Below, one piece after another: positions 40,120 through 52,489 of a DNA stretch of 64,000 nucleotides. Positions within the stretch are counted from its first letter, which is position 1. Every line of letters starts with the position of its first letter. The notes under the pieces are model-generated. The model worked only from the letters and a program-made list of their open reading frames with translations. It had not been told where the DNA came from and did no database searches. The position numbers and the translations under genes are program-made. The stretch is taken from assembly GCF_001194135.2 (NCBI RefSeq), contig NC_068996.1, positions 52,187,445 to 52,251,444 of the forward strand, read 5' to 3'. The stretch is from Octopus bimaculoides. Its lineage: Eukaryota.

Positions 40120-40989
40120 CCCTTTAATGTTTAAAGTGACCAAATCTAGTCCAAATATTCTACTTCTTTTATGTTCAGATTGGCCAGATCCAACCTCTCA
40201 CACCTACCCTATAATGTCATTCTATAAATAAACAATCACATCACTGAAATCTCAAAGCTATGAGATAATTCAGGATTTGTTCAAATCATCGCCTTCCTGG
40301 CACGTGTAAAGAAATTTAAGCGAGATCGTTGCCAGTGCCGCCAGACTGGCTCCTGTGCACGTGGCACGTAAAATGCACCACTTTGAGTGTGGCCGTTGCC
40401 AGTACCTCCTGACAGGCCTTCGTGCCGGTGGCACATAAAAGCAGCCACTACACTCTTGGAGTGGTTGGCGTTAGGAAGGGCATCCAGCTGTAGAAACTCT
40501 GCCAAATCAGATTGGAGCCTGGTGCAGCCACCTGGTCCACCAGTCCTCAGTCAAATCGTCCAACCCATGCCAGCATAGAAAGCGGATGTTAAATGATGAT
40601 GATGATGAATATGACTAAACAAGCATTACATTTGACTGAGTAGCCTGAATGATAAAGGGTTAAACTGGCCATAACTGGCCCAAATATTCTACCTGTTTTA
40701 TGTTCAAACCAGCCAGATCCAACCTCTCTCACCTACCCTACAATGTCATTCTAAAAATAAATAATTACATCATCAAAATCTTGAACCTGCGAGATAATGC
40801 AAGATTAATTCCAAATAAATAAGCATTGCATTTGACAAAGAAACCTGAATGCTAAAGAGTTAAACTGGCCACATCCAGCCCAAATATTCTTCCTGTTTTA
40901 TACTGAAACTAGCCAGATTCAACTTCTCACACTTACCCTGCTATGTTATTCTAAAAATAAACAATCATATCATTGAAATCTCAAAGCTA
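40120..40989 (+). repeat. Three head-to-tail copies of the piggyBac-type MITE; first copy interrupted by an RTE-3'UTR repeat (40284-40608)
   Basis: Unit junctions AAAGGG-TTAA-ACTGGCC at 40660 and AAAGAG-TTAA-ACTGGCC at 40860. Confidence 0.75.
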
Positions 40990-41155
40990 GTAGGGGTGGA
41001 TGCTCAGAGAGCATTACCACTAGAATAAGAATAGCCTGGGCAAAGTTCAGAAAGCTTCTACCTCTACTGGTGAGAAAGGGCCTCTTGCTCAGAGTGAAAG
41101 CTAGATTGTACGATGCATGTGTATGAACTGCCATGCTACATGGCAGTGAAACATG
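40990..41155 (+). mobile_element. RTE LINE fragment
   Basis: RIRIAWAKFRKLLPLL...LYDACV..AMLHGSETW; same family as the 20.6 kb and 62.2 kb copies. Confidence 0.8.
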
Positions 41156-41159
41156 GGCT

Positions 41160-41637
41160 GTGACTGCTGAGGACATTTAAAAACATCTCCATGTATCCCC
41201 TTCCCCCTCACAATTTCCATCACGGGTAACATTTAAGCAGAAGTTAAACAAACCACAACACAAAAGACTGTCTAAAAGCCATCAACTGCTCAATGACCCA
41301 CAAATATGAACAGTTCTTAACTAGAATCCTTGTAGTTGTTCCAAATGTTAGGGGTTCCTTTCACTAAGTATCTCTCTGGTTGAAACTGCATCTTTGACAC
41401 AGTTAGGATTGCATGCCAATGACTGGTCCTTCACTTCAAGGCCAGAAAATACTTCATCTGCCAGCAATCACAGGCACTCTACAAAGCTCAGATGAGGCCC
41501 TCAATGGAATATTGCCTCCTCATCTAGAACAGTGCTTGTGTCTTTCCAGCTGGTGTTTATTTGCAACAGTTTAATGACATCATTCTCACTGGTCTTGGAG
41601 AGGCTGTGACAGCCATGGATAATGCCCCTTCTCCAGC

Positions 41638-41669
<32 letters not shown>
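41160..41669 (+). mobile_element. CR1/L2-type LINE fragment followed by a poly(A) run
   Basis: LYKAQMRPSMEYC resembles the CR1/Jockey post-RT motif; A-run at 41642-41669. Confidence 0.55.
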
Positions 41670-41999
41670 CTAAGATAATAAAATTATACACAACCTGTCA
41701 GAACTAAGAGATATACCTTAGAATGAAAGATATGTTTGAATGAAAACCTACTTGCACACCTCAATGCCAAAATTCAAAGATTGCACAAGTGCTACCTGTA
41801 TTTAGCTATCAGCATTAGGAACAAATTTCCAGAAGCTGTAAGTGGTATTATCACCGATGGTGAAATGCAGACTTTACGGAATTTAGATGCCCAAACGCCT
41901 CACTTTTTGAAAATAGAGAGAAGTAGTGGTTGGATCGTCTGCATGTTAAGCTAGGTATCCAATAAGACCATTGTTTACGAATACGTCTAAGTGACATTT

Positions 42000-44900
42000 G
42001 TCCCATTTTCTCTAACAAAACTCAACTGTCAGAATTGTTAGCGCATCAAATAAAACATTTGCATTCGTACTTTGGGGTTGAAATACCTTCGAAGTCAACT
42101 TTGCATTTCAACTTTCTGGATTTCATAAAATAAAGTACTTTAACTACAGCACTTATGGGGAGGGGGTGTCGAATTCTATAATACAACCTGCATGTGAATG
42201 GAATTATAATAAAAGACCAAAATATTATGCACAGTTGTACAGTGAGACAGATAAACTACTACTATTTTTTTTTCTTGGTTTTTGTATCTGGGACTTTGAC
42301 TCGCGGTCGTAATGGTCTAATTAAGTTCAAATTTATGGATCAGCTGTTAATAAACATATTTGTTAATCAAAGCAGCTAATCTTACTCAATTGTTGTCAAC
42401 TGATCGACGTCTCCACGGTTTGTAATGAATGTTTCACGTTTGAAATGTCTTCACGTTAGAAGCAGATCAAGATAAAAACATTATTAATGTGATAAATGAT
42501 TCATCGAATTTTAAAAGACAATTGGTGGAAGTAAATATAACTCAAGGATAATAATATATGTAATAATATGAAGTGAAGAATGATTTTCATTCTTACCTCA
42601 GGATAGAAGTAGAGAGTTGATATCTACAAATCGTTCAAACCTTACAATATAAACGACCCTCCTAATTATTATCTACCCGAGACGTAGAAAGAGATAACAA
42701 TGATAATATTCAAAGGTTAATTTAGTTCAATATCGTACAAACAATAGGCTTTCTGGTTGGCTCGTCAGTATTCTACAAGTGTCATTTTAATATATTTTAC
42801 TTCAACCATAAAATGAAATTAAAATTAAGCTACTGTTCAGTAATTAGTATCATGTCAATATAATATATACACTTTAAATGTAGAATCATGCAATTTATTA
42901 ATAATAATATATAAAATTGATGTTTTTTCAAATGAATGAATACGATGAATGAAATAATGCTCGTCTATTTTAGATTAAACATAAATATGAACAAAACATT
43001 GCGAAACATATACGCAAAATGAATGTTTTTATAACATGAAAATATTGTGGTCTTGCACATTACCTACGGTGGAATGAACAAATCTTCGATTAGTATACAT
43101 ACGAAGAACAAGTGCGCAGTTCTTTGAGGTGTTGCACAACTAGATTGATTAATAAATGCCTCAAAACCCAAGAATCCAATATGTAAGTTACGAAGCAACG
43201 AGTAACAGGGGTAAATATAAAAAAATTTCAGGAAATGTGATTAAATTACTTCCAGCGTAAAGAAAATTAATATTCTTAAGATTCTCATTCTCGAGAATGG
43301 TAAACAACGGTTATTTCTATGCAGAGTAGCGGTATTGATTAAGTAAAAGCAAAGTAGAATTTATGTGTTGCTTTTTATAATAACGGTATAGTTAATTCTA
43401 AAATGTTATGAATAAGAGTCGAAATCTGCACACAGGTCTACATCTTTGGTAAAGAATTCAAATACATTATCAGAATAAAAGTGGTATATAGAACAAACAA
43501 AGATGTTGGTGTTAGTAGTTAAGTTAAATTTGTAGGAAATATTATGGTTCCACCAATACAGCTTATTATAGGAAATGGTAATTCATTCTAGGTCTGCTAA
43601 AGCGAAACATACAAACAAAAGGTAAGCGATGCAATAGGGAAATGGAATAAACTTAAACAATAACAGAATTTATTTAATTAAAGATTTACAAATGCATTAT
43701 TACATGCAGTTGAAGGAAATTTTGATAAAATATATAAATTAGAAAATGACAGAAAGTTGTGACGGTGAAGAATTACCGAAAAATGGTTCAAGGAATCTAG
43801 GCACCATCACAAAACTATGACAACGGAAATATGATGATACCTGTGACATATATTTTGGATTACTGATAGAATATTGTCAGCAACATGGTGAACCTAGAAT
43901 AAATTATATGGGATACTAGTAATGGTGTTTGTTATTACCTCTAAACAGTTTGGTAGCGATGGCGAAGCGTACAAAAGAAGAACAGCCACAAGCAGCAACA
44001 CTGGTTGACCCCCTTCCTCTTGCTGACAGCAGTCCCATGCTAGAGATCACCGCCGCAACCACCCCCAACTTTTCTACCACTTAACTGGCACCGAAGCCAG
44101 GAGCAGATAATTTATCTTGTTCTGATTTAGATTTCTCCGTTCAATTGGAAAATATTTCATGATCATTTCATGAAACAACAAGAGCCTCTGAACAGCAGTT
44201 CGTAGTGTCAGAAATAGCAGCCAAATCTCTCTCTCAGTCACAACCTGATACATTAGGCAAACGTACTTCTCATTATAAAATCGGATAAGATTGGCACCGC
44301 TGAAATGATTACAATCATGGGTCTGTTCGTTCAGAGCTGACCAGGGGCTAAACACCAACAACATAATAATTTGCTTTGCTGTTTAAATAATTATGTGTTT
44401 GTGAAAATAGAATCAAAAACAAAAATAAGCAATTATATAAAATTCCTTAAATCAATTTATGAATTTACAGAATCAAATAAAGATAATTTAATAAAGTTTA
44501 TTGGTGGCCGAAGGGAGACTACTCTGATCACGAACGGAGATTGGTTTATTAAATGAGCACCAGCTTCTTAATTAACAAAACTAGCAGTGGAAATACTCTC
44601 GAGCACGTTAATGAATACATGTTGCAGTTATGACCTGATATGAGAAAATTGCTTATTTAACGGAATATAAGGGGAAACGTTCATATGAATTCAAACTATG
44701 AGTCTTCGATTATAAGTATGTCATCCTCTTTCGAATAAAGCTGTTCTTATAATTAATGTAACAGTTTGGCATGAAGATTTATTCTCGGTGATTGAATAAA
44801 TAGAGATATTTCTTGATTGCCTATTTCATTTGCTGCAAAAAAATTCCATTTAAAAAAAATTTCAACAAGAACTAGTTTTTAGCAACTAAAATGATATTTA

Positions 44901-46400
44901 TTGAATGAATTAACCAAACTTAAAATTTAAAAAAAAATTCCGCAATAACAAGAAAATTATGACTTTAGACATTCTGACCTATTTGCAGAAGAATTCAAAA
45001 CATAACTTCTACATTTACTTTATTTGAAACTTTTAGTTAGGCAGAGTAAATTATAGGGACAAAAAGTGTGTGAAAATATAGAGAAAACGGTATTCCTTCG
45101 ATATGATTTAGTACAAAACTTAGTAGCTTCATTTAGAATTCAGTTAATTTTTCGTACAAACTTCGATATAATGTAAACATAAAAAAATACTTGTTATATA
45201 AAATTAATTTGAGAAGAATTGTATTTAATTATAAATAGAAATTAGCACTGTTGATTTGTTTAAGAAGGAAGTCCTCTCCGTTGCTTAATTACATTTAAAC
45301 AAGGCAATGATGTATGAGCTAAGAATGACTGTTATTTTGACCTGTGAGACTAGCAGACTTGTATCTCTTTCTCTTAGTTGCTGGCTAAGCAATAAACTCG
45401 TACTTTATTTTGAAATGGCTTGTTGGCACCAGAGAGATCTACGTATATCTTTCCTCCTCAAAAACGAGTCTTATTTCGTAACCTAACATTTAGCGGGGTA
45501 AAAATCAGGATTATTTTGGTGGAACTGGAAACTAATGAGGTAAATGACAATGCAAATTTCAATGTATAAAGAGTGAAAGGAAATAAGTCACAGAAAACAC
45601 CCTCAGGAAAAAGTGTTACATTTTATCTAAATTCCATAAACAATATTTTTAATCTTTTAATAAAAATAACGCAATTTATATTACAAGTATCTGAAAATTG
45701 TGTTTTATGCAATATCTTGAACATCACTGACAAATTATTTGAAAATCAATTGCACTTTCATTCAATAATTTTGTATTTATGAGTGGAAATTTTTTTATGT
45801 TACTAGAATTCGTAATGGATTACTTTCTGATTTATGCTAAGTACTCGAAGAAAACTAATATTACTTTCAAACTTTGATAAAAATTCTTCGATAATTGCCA
45901 TTTTGAAGTTTTCTGAGTTCATATTTTGTGTACTCTGCGATTACCAAGAGATGATATCGCTTTTCATGGAGATATATTATAGGGGTCCTATTATCCTTGA
46001 TGTAACAAAAGTGAGTAACCCGGCTTTCACGGTTCAAAACACATTTTTTAAAGTAAATAAATACTTGATTATGCGATCCATTGTGGTTTTTGCGCATGCA
46101 TAAAAAAATACGGACCAGATGCATATGCAAAGGAATTTCGACGTGACCATCTCGCCTTTCTTTAAGAAAACGTCTTCCAGATTAATACTGGCATAACGGG
46201 TCCCAACGGTGAGTAACCCTAAACCTAAAATGACGCATAACTCTAACTCCATTTCTAAACTCTGAACTTGAAACCCTAAGCAACAGCATGAGTTGTGCAC
46301 ACGTCGGTGCATTTGTAAAAACTAAAATTAACTGGGCTGTCAAACATTTATGTTGAAAATTCTCTGTTATGGATTGATATGATTTTGGGGTAAAAAACAT
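42000..46400. promoter_or_regulatory. Candidate promoter region, possibly bidirectional
   Basis: Nearly free of SINEs and microsatellites, with visibly more CpG than the flanking introns (not counted). Outward-facing splice donors on both strands (42596 on -, 46011 and 46209 on +). Confidence 0.4.
42597..42700 (-). other. Candidate non-coding upstream exon of the BTBD3/6-like gene (5' boundary unknown)
   Basis: Strong donor TGAG|GTAAGA at 42596. Splicing to 33949 gives TGA GAA TTC ATG, an in-frame stop before the start codon. Other weaker donors exist nearby. Confidence 0.4.
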
Positions 46401-46428
46401 GATGATCCAGCTTAATATTTTTCATTCT

Positions 46429-46806
46429 TGAGTGGCTGTGTGGTAAGTAGCTTGCTTACCAACCACATGGTTCCGGGTTCAGTCCCACTGCGTGGCACGT
46501 TGGGCAAGTGTCTTCTACTATAGCCTCGGGCTGACCAAAGCCTTGTGAGTGGATTTGGTAGACGGAAACTGAAAGAAGACTGTCGTATATATGTATATAT
46601 ATATATGTGTGTGTGTGTTTGTCCCCCCAACATCGCTTGACAACCGGTGCTGGTGTGTTTACGTCCCCATAACTTAGCGGTTTGGCACAAGAGATCGATA
46701 GAATAAGTACTAGGCTTACAAAGAATAAGTCCTGGGGTTGATTTGCTTGACTAAAGGCAGTGCTCCAGCATGGCTGCAGTCAAATGACTGAAACAGGTAA
46801 AAGAGT
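46429..46806 (+). mobile_element. SINE family A copy (little decayed)
   Basis: CpGs largely retained; complete tail. Confidence 0.87.
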
Positions 46807-48721
46807 AATTGAATTAGAGTTGGTATGGCTTACAGTTAGCAAAAGATAATCTTAATTGCATGTGTAAACACTTGTTTCATAAAAGTTAAACTTAATATAA
46901 TTTCCTATATTATCATTAGATCCATACTTATAAGATATGCTTAAAATTCAGAGTTTCCGTTGGACTAACGAAAGATAACGCAGAAGTCAACAGGTTTTTG
47001 AGCTAAAAATGCAGAATGGTGAAACGAAATAACTCTGACTTCTACTGTTTGGGCTCCTTAGCCAACAGGAGGGCCAAGCAACAAAATCTCTCAGAAACTA
47101 CATCCACTGTCTTAATTGAAAGACACATTAAATGATGTAGTCCTAGATATCACATGACCGACTAGGTTATCTGATGTTACACATCACTGGTCACAATGTG
47201 CTTTGCATTGTTTTAGCCTTTGAATGACGTCACCCTGCTGGCTAGGTGAGCAGGGCAACATTGTTCCATGATCAAAAACGAGTCTAGAACAACATGAAAT
47301 GAAGTGTTTTGCGCAAGAACACTACATATCACCCAGTCTGAAAATCAAACCTACAACTGTGAGTGCAACAGCCTAACCACTGGGCTACACTCCTTCACAG
47401 TTCTATATATTATTACTATGACTGAATAGAATATGGGGTGATCTCAGCCAGAATTCTGTTGAGCATAGATCTGATGGTCCAGAGTTGGCCTTGTACTCTT
47501 TTACTCTTTTACTTGTTTCAGTCATTTGACTGTGGCCATNNNNNNNNNNNNNNNNNNNNNNNNNNNNNNNNNNNNNNNNNNNNNNNNNNNNNNNNNNNNN
47601 NNNNNNNNNNNNNNNNNNNNNNNNNNNNNNNNNNNNNNNNNNNNNNNNNNNNNNNNNNNNNNNNNNNNNNNNNNNNNNNNNNNNNNNNNNNNNNNNNNNN
47701 NNNNNNNNNNNNNNNNNNNNNNNNNNNNNNNNNNNNNNNNNNNNNNNNNNNNNNNNNNNNNNNNNNNNNNNNNNNNNNNNNNGTCTGCCAAATCCACTCA
47801 CAAGGCTTTTATCGGCATGAGGCTATAGAAGAAGACACGAGCCCAAGGTGCCACGCAGAGGGACTGAACCCGGAACCATGTGATTGGGAAGCAAACTTCT
47901 TATCACACAGCCACACCGATAAGATTTATATATATAAAGTCAAGTATATTGTGCTAAACAACAACAACTAAAGCATATAGCAATGCTTATTTTTTTTGGT
48001 CTTTTGATTCTGTGGACCATAAGTGGCATCACTGGCTTCAGAAGGAGAGGAAATTCCAGATTGATGGTGACCTGAATGGAAATTAACAGACAAATTATTT
48101 ATTGTGAAATTTGAAGGATGACACATAACAGAAACAATGCAAAGTGTTATGCAAATTGCTGATTCAGAGAAATGGAGGCCATTGTATTACATTGTATGAC
48201 AGGAAATATGACAGAGAGAAATTAGATGCTTTTTCTGAGAACTGAAGAGTATAGTGTTTGGTGAATGACTCTTTGTCCATCAGCCAGATGACTCGTTTAT
48301 AGATGACGATGTCTGTGTGAGTAACAACAGAAGCACTGTCCCCCCACATATACTACTATATGAATTAGCATTCAATCAAGGTTGAAGTTTATTTTTGCTT
48401 TTGAAGAAGCCTAGTCTTTAGGATGTAGTAATGTTCTATACATATATACATACATAGGAAACTTATATATATACACCATTCTGCTTAAATAATGGAACTG
48501 CAAATACAATATCCTTACGTATCTCACATCTGTTTTCATTCCTCCACTTCACTCTGTATTTCATATCTTCTCTATAATAACTGTTGCTTAGCCATTTTCT
48601 CGCACCATCTCTGATGGAGGGATGTATGAAATACCCTGGAAACAGCTGTAAGACATTCTCTTTATAAATGTTCTGAAAGCTATTCATAGCTTTGGATTTT
48701 TTTTTATCTCATTCTGTTAAT

Positions 48722-48764
<43 letters not shown>

Positions 48765-49015
48765 TATACATATATATTATATGGGTAGTTAGTGTAAATC
48801 CAAGCTGCTTCCTCTTGCTCTTTACTAACTAGGATCTTGTACATGCAAGTCTAAATTTCCTCCTCCATGATAAATAGTATTTTATTGCTTTGTTTATTTA
48901 TTTATTGGTACATTTTAATATATATAACTATATATTTATATATATAGATTCAGATGAATATGGTACTTAAGTTGGGGCACCAGAATTTAGTACGGTATTA
49001 TCCATACAATTAAAA

Positions 49016-49567
49016 TCAAAATAAGCAACAAGGATATCCAGAGGTAATGCAGTAAGATTGTTTCAGGCAAATCCATTTAATTGAACAATGCAATCATTGC
49101 ATCACTTTAAAATGCAGAGCAATCCTCAACTGCATAAAGACATAGAATTTAATCAAATTAAAACAGATGGACACATTAGTATAATCTTACTTAATATCTC
49201 CAGAAAGGTAAGGAGATAGACAAAGAACATGCTGTCTTCACTTCAGCTTAGATGCTACTAAGGTATCAGGAAGAAAGACTTGTTACAGATTTGGCTTGTC
49301 ACTTTTATATGGGGTCAGTTTTAATTTATAGACTAGTTTATCAAATCTTTGTATATCTAAGGCCAAAAGAACAAGTACTACTCCTTGTTCTTTTGGCCTT
49401 ATACTAATGTGTCCATCTGTTTTAATTTGATTAAATTCTATGTCTTTATGCAGTTGAGGATTGCTCTGCATTTTAAAGTGATGCAATGATTGCATTGTTC
49501 AATTAAATGGATTTGCCTGAAACAATCTTACTGCATTACCTCTGGATATCCTTGTTGCATATTTTGA
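49016..49567. repeat. Near-perfect inverted duplication, 169-bp arms, with a nested 18-bp hairpin
   Basis: 49025-49184 is the exact reverse complement of 49399-49558; one mismatch in the distal extension. Confidence 0.95.
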
Positions 49568-49568
49568 G

Positions 49569-49599
<31 letters not shown>

Positions 49600-49600
<1 letters not shown>

Positions 49601-49761
49601 AATAAGAAAATGGAGGGGATCAAGAGGTGGTATTCATCAACTTTTAGACATTATATTATGTCTATTTATTTTTAAAAAAACAATTATAACAATAAATAGA
49701 CATAATATAATGTCTAAAAGTTGATGAATACCACCTCTTAATCCCCTCCATTTTCTTATTG
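49600..49761. repeat. Hairpin, 71-bp arms, 20-nt loop, one mismatch
   Basis: 49600-49670 pairs with 49691-49761; C.A mismatch at 49621/49740. Confidence 0.95.
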
Positions 49762-50279
49762 CTGTATAAATTAAGGGTAAAAAAACTTTTTACCCTCACC
49801 CATTTATTACATTCAGTAGTGTAATTGCCATACAATGAAAAAACACTAGTGTATTAATAATTGGGTATTCTACCAGCAGAATATTGGATAGATATTATCC
49901 CTTAGTTGATCGGATTCACAACCTCTAACTTTCTTGGAATTATATATATATATATATATATATATTAATCAAAGTGCACAGTATTATAAGTCCATTACGG
50001 CCAATCTCACTGATCAGTTTCACACTAGCGATTCAATAGAGTATTAGGTAACAGTTCAATTATGTAACCCTGCATGCTTCAGAGATGAGTCTTTACATTT
50101 GTAGTAACTTTGTTGTTTGTATGTAGCTAAGCTGTAGTATTACCATTTCTCATTGACACATGTAGTGAATATGTTTTTGTTCAATTCATACATTGTTGTA
50201 TCTTTTATTGGCAGATAAGGCTATTATTGTTCACACCATTAATCTAATCATTAAAAAGTTTTTTTTCTTTTTTTTTCAG

Positions 50280-50377
50280 GATTTACATTTTTATGCTGTA
50301 TCTTGATCAATTTGATATCCAGTTGTCAAGTATTTTATTGATGAAGCATCCATACTATGATTCAAACTAAAATTAGG
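50280..50377 (+). other. Candidate internal exon of an unannotated + strand transcript
   Basis: Long poly-T plus CAG acceptor (50277-50279); donor AGG|GTAATG at 50378. No frame is open end to end; the only possible start is ATG 50357 (MIQTKIR). Confidence 0.35.
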
Positions 50378-51229
50378 GTAATGGCTAATGAGAATGTTTT
50401 TACTGTTAGTTTAGAAATAAAGATTCCTAGTTCACATTAATTCTGATTATGACGACCAAAAAATTTCATAACATTGTTCAGATATAATATATATTAAAAA
50501 AAAAATATATATATGTCAAGAGAATCAGTTTGTTTGAAGATTGGGTTAATAGCCTTGTTAATAATAATTCATCTTGGATATTTACTTTCACAGAGAAAAT
50601 TATTATCAAAGTTTCTCTTTATGAAAGCTGTACAAGTCTAATGTGAGATTTTTTTTATTGCCCACAAGGGGCCAACACAGAGGGGAGAGTCTAATGCACA
50701 AGTGTAAGATGAGGTATCTAGATTCTATATGGATGACACCTGTACATGGGAAAATCATAAAGGTTAAGCAGTGATGTCCTCTTTCTAAAAGTGTGTCTTT
50801 CTAATGAAAGCATAATTTTGTTAATATTTGGAAGAAGGGGCTTTGACCATGATCTTTACAGTTCCTCCAAGAGTGGTGACCTTCATGGCATCAATGTTCC
50901 ATTCTAAATGTTGCTCAAAAGATATAAACAGGGTGAAGATACCTGAAGACCAATATTCTGAGAAATAAGGGTTGGGTACAATGACTCATTCAGAGCTAAG
51001 TGGGGTGGGGAGACACCAAGAACAATAAAACCCTTAAAGGACAAGTGAGTCAGGGGTGTCTAAATAGTGGATGTATTAGGTTGGTTATTCATTTGATAAA
51101 GATAGCTCAGATTACTTGAGCTTATATGTAAGGGCTCTGATTTTTACCACATTAAGCGTTAAGTGCCACCTTGCCACATTTTCAGTTTATTCAGATATTC
51201 TTGATTGCTTTCCGATTTGTTTACATCAT

Positions 51230-51760
51230 CATCATCATCTTGAATAGAAATATGGTTAAAGTTAGCTATAGTTTCTTCCCCAACACAGACTCAATGATCT
51301 TCAGTCACAATAAGAACAGAAGCGTTAGGAACACCCCACATTGATCTTATGTGTGTATATATATATATAAGATCTTGTAAATGTAAATTCCTTAGTAACT
51401 GTTCTCTGAACAATATACACCTGAAAACAGCTGGTTTAAAGGTCAATACCACAGACATAGATGGGATCACAAGAACTTACTTTGGAATGACTTCAAATAC
51501 CTTCAAGGAAAGATACACATGGCCATTGACTTCGTTTAGACAAAATAATAAAAGATATGCAACATCTTTGTCTAATATGGTATAGAAGTTTAAACATAGG
51601 CATGTAGATAATCCCTGAATAGAGTAGAGCATCATAGTTAAAGCCAACAAATATTAGGGACAAGGCGGTGAATGCAATATCTGAATTACATAGAAATAAA
51701 ACTGCATAACTCTAATGATGAATGTTTTGCTTATTAGGGAATAAAACTTCTTCCCTTGCT
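51230..51760 (+). mobile_element. Penelope-like element remnant (GIY-YIG)
   Basis: NRNMVKVSYS..N....SHN, C.C....C, TYFGMTSNTFKERY...SF motifs. Confidence 0.75.
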
Positions 51761-51928
51761 GCCACAAACAATAGTTTAAACTGCAGAATTTCAAACATAA
51801 CCCCATCACAGACCTCACCACCTATTCAGCTAGGATAAATTAAAGATATAATATTAATATCATGCATGATTAACATAATAAATGTACATTGTTTATTCAA
51901 TTTTAGGAACTCATGCTTGAATTCTAAA

Positions 51929-51995
<67 letters not shown>

Positions 51996-52489
51996 GATTG
52001 AAGCCTGGTGTTGCCATCCGGTTTCACCAGTCCTCAGTCAAATCGTCCAACCCATGCTAGCATGGAAAGCGGACGTTAAACGATGATGATGATGATGATG
52101 ATATATAGTTGAAATTTATAGAAAAACAAAAATTGAAGACAGGTATATAAACAATAAACAGGTGTATTAGTTTAGCGCTCAGGAAGGTGAGAAAGTCTTT
52201 TACATTGAGCCAACAGAAAGGAACACGAGGAAATAAACAGAGAGAGAATAAAAATACTTAGGAGCCAACGGTCAATCATGATGGTGCCAAAAAAAAAAGA
52301 ACACATGCAATACTCATTTATTTTTATCAAAACAATTAAAAGTTATGGTAAAATATCAAAAACGAGGAAAATCTAATGTGCTAATAATTCTAATGAATTA
52401 AGTATTATAACATTGATGTGATACTGTATAAACTACCTGACATCATAGGCTTCAGGTTTTTATTGTTGGAATTAGCATGAGACGACAAG

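Noticed and set aside
45834-46400. Overlapping ORFs of 70-92 aa as a novel protein gene
   Set aside because: No recognisable domain, intron-like composition, and overlap on both strands. Kept only as a possible promoter or UTR region.
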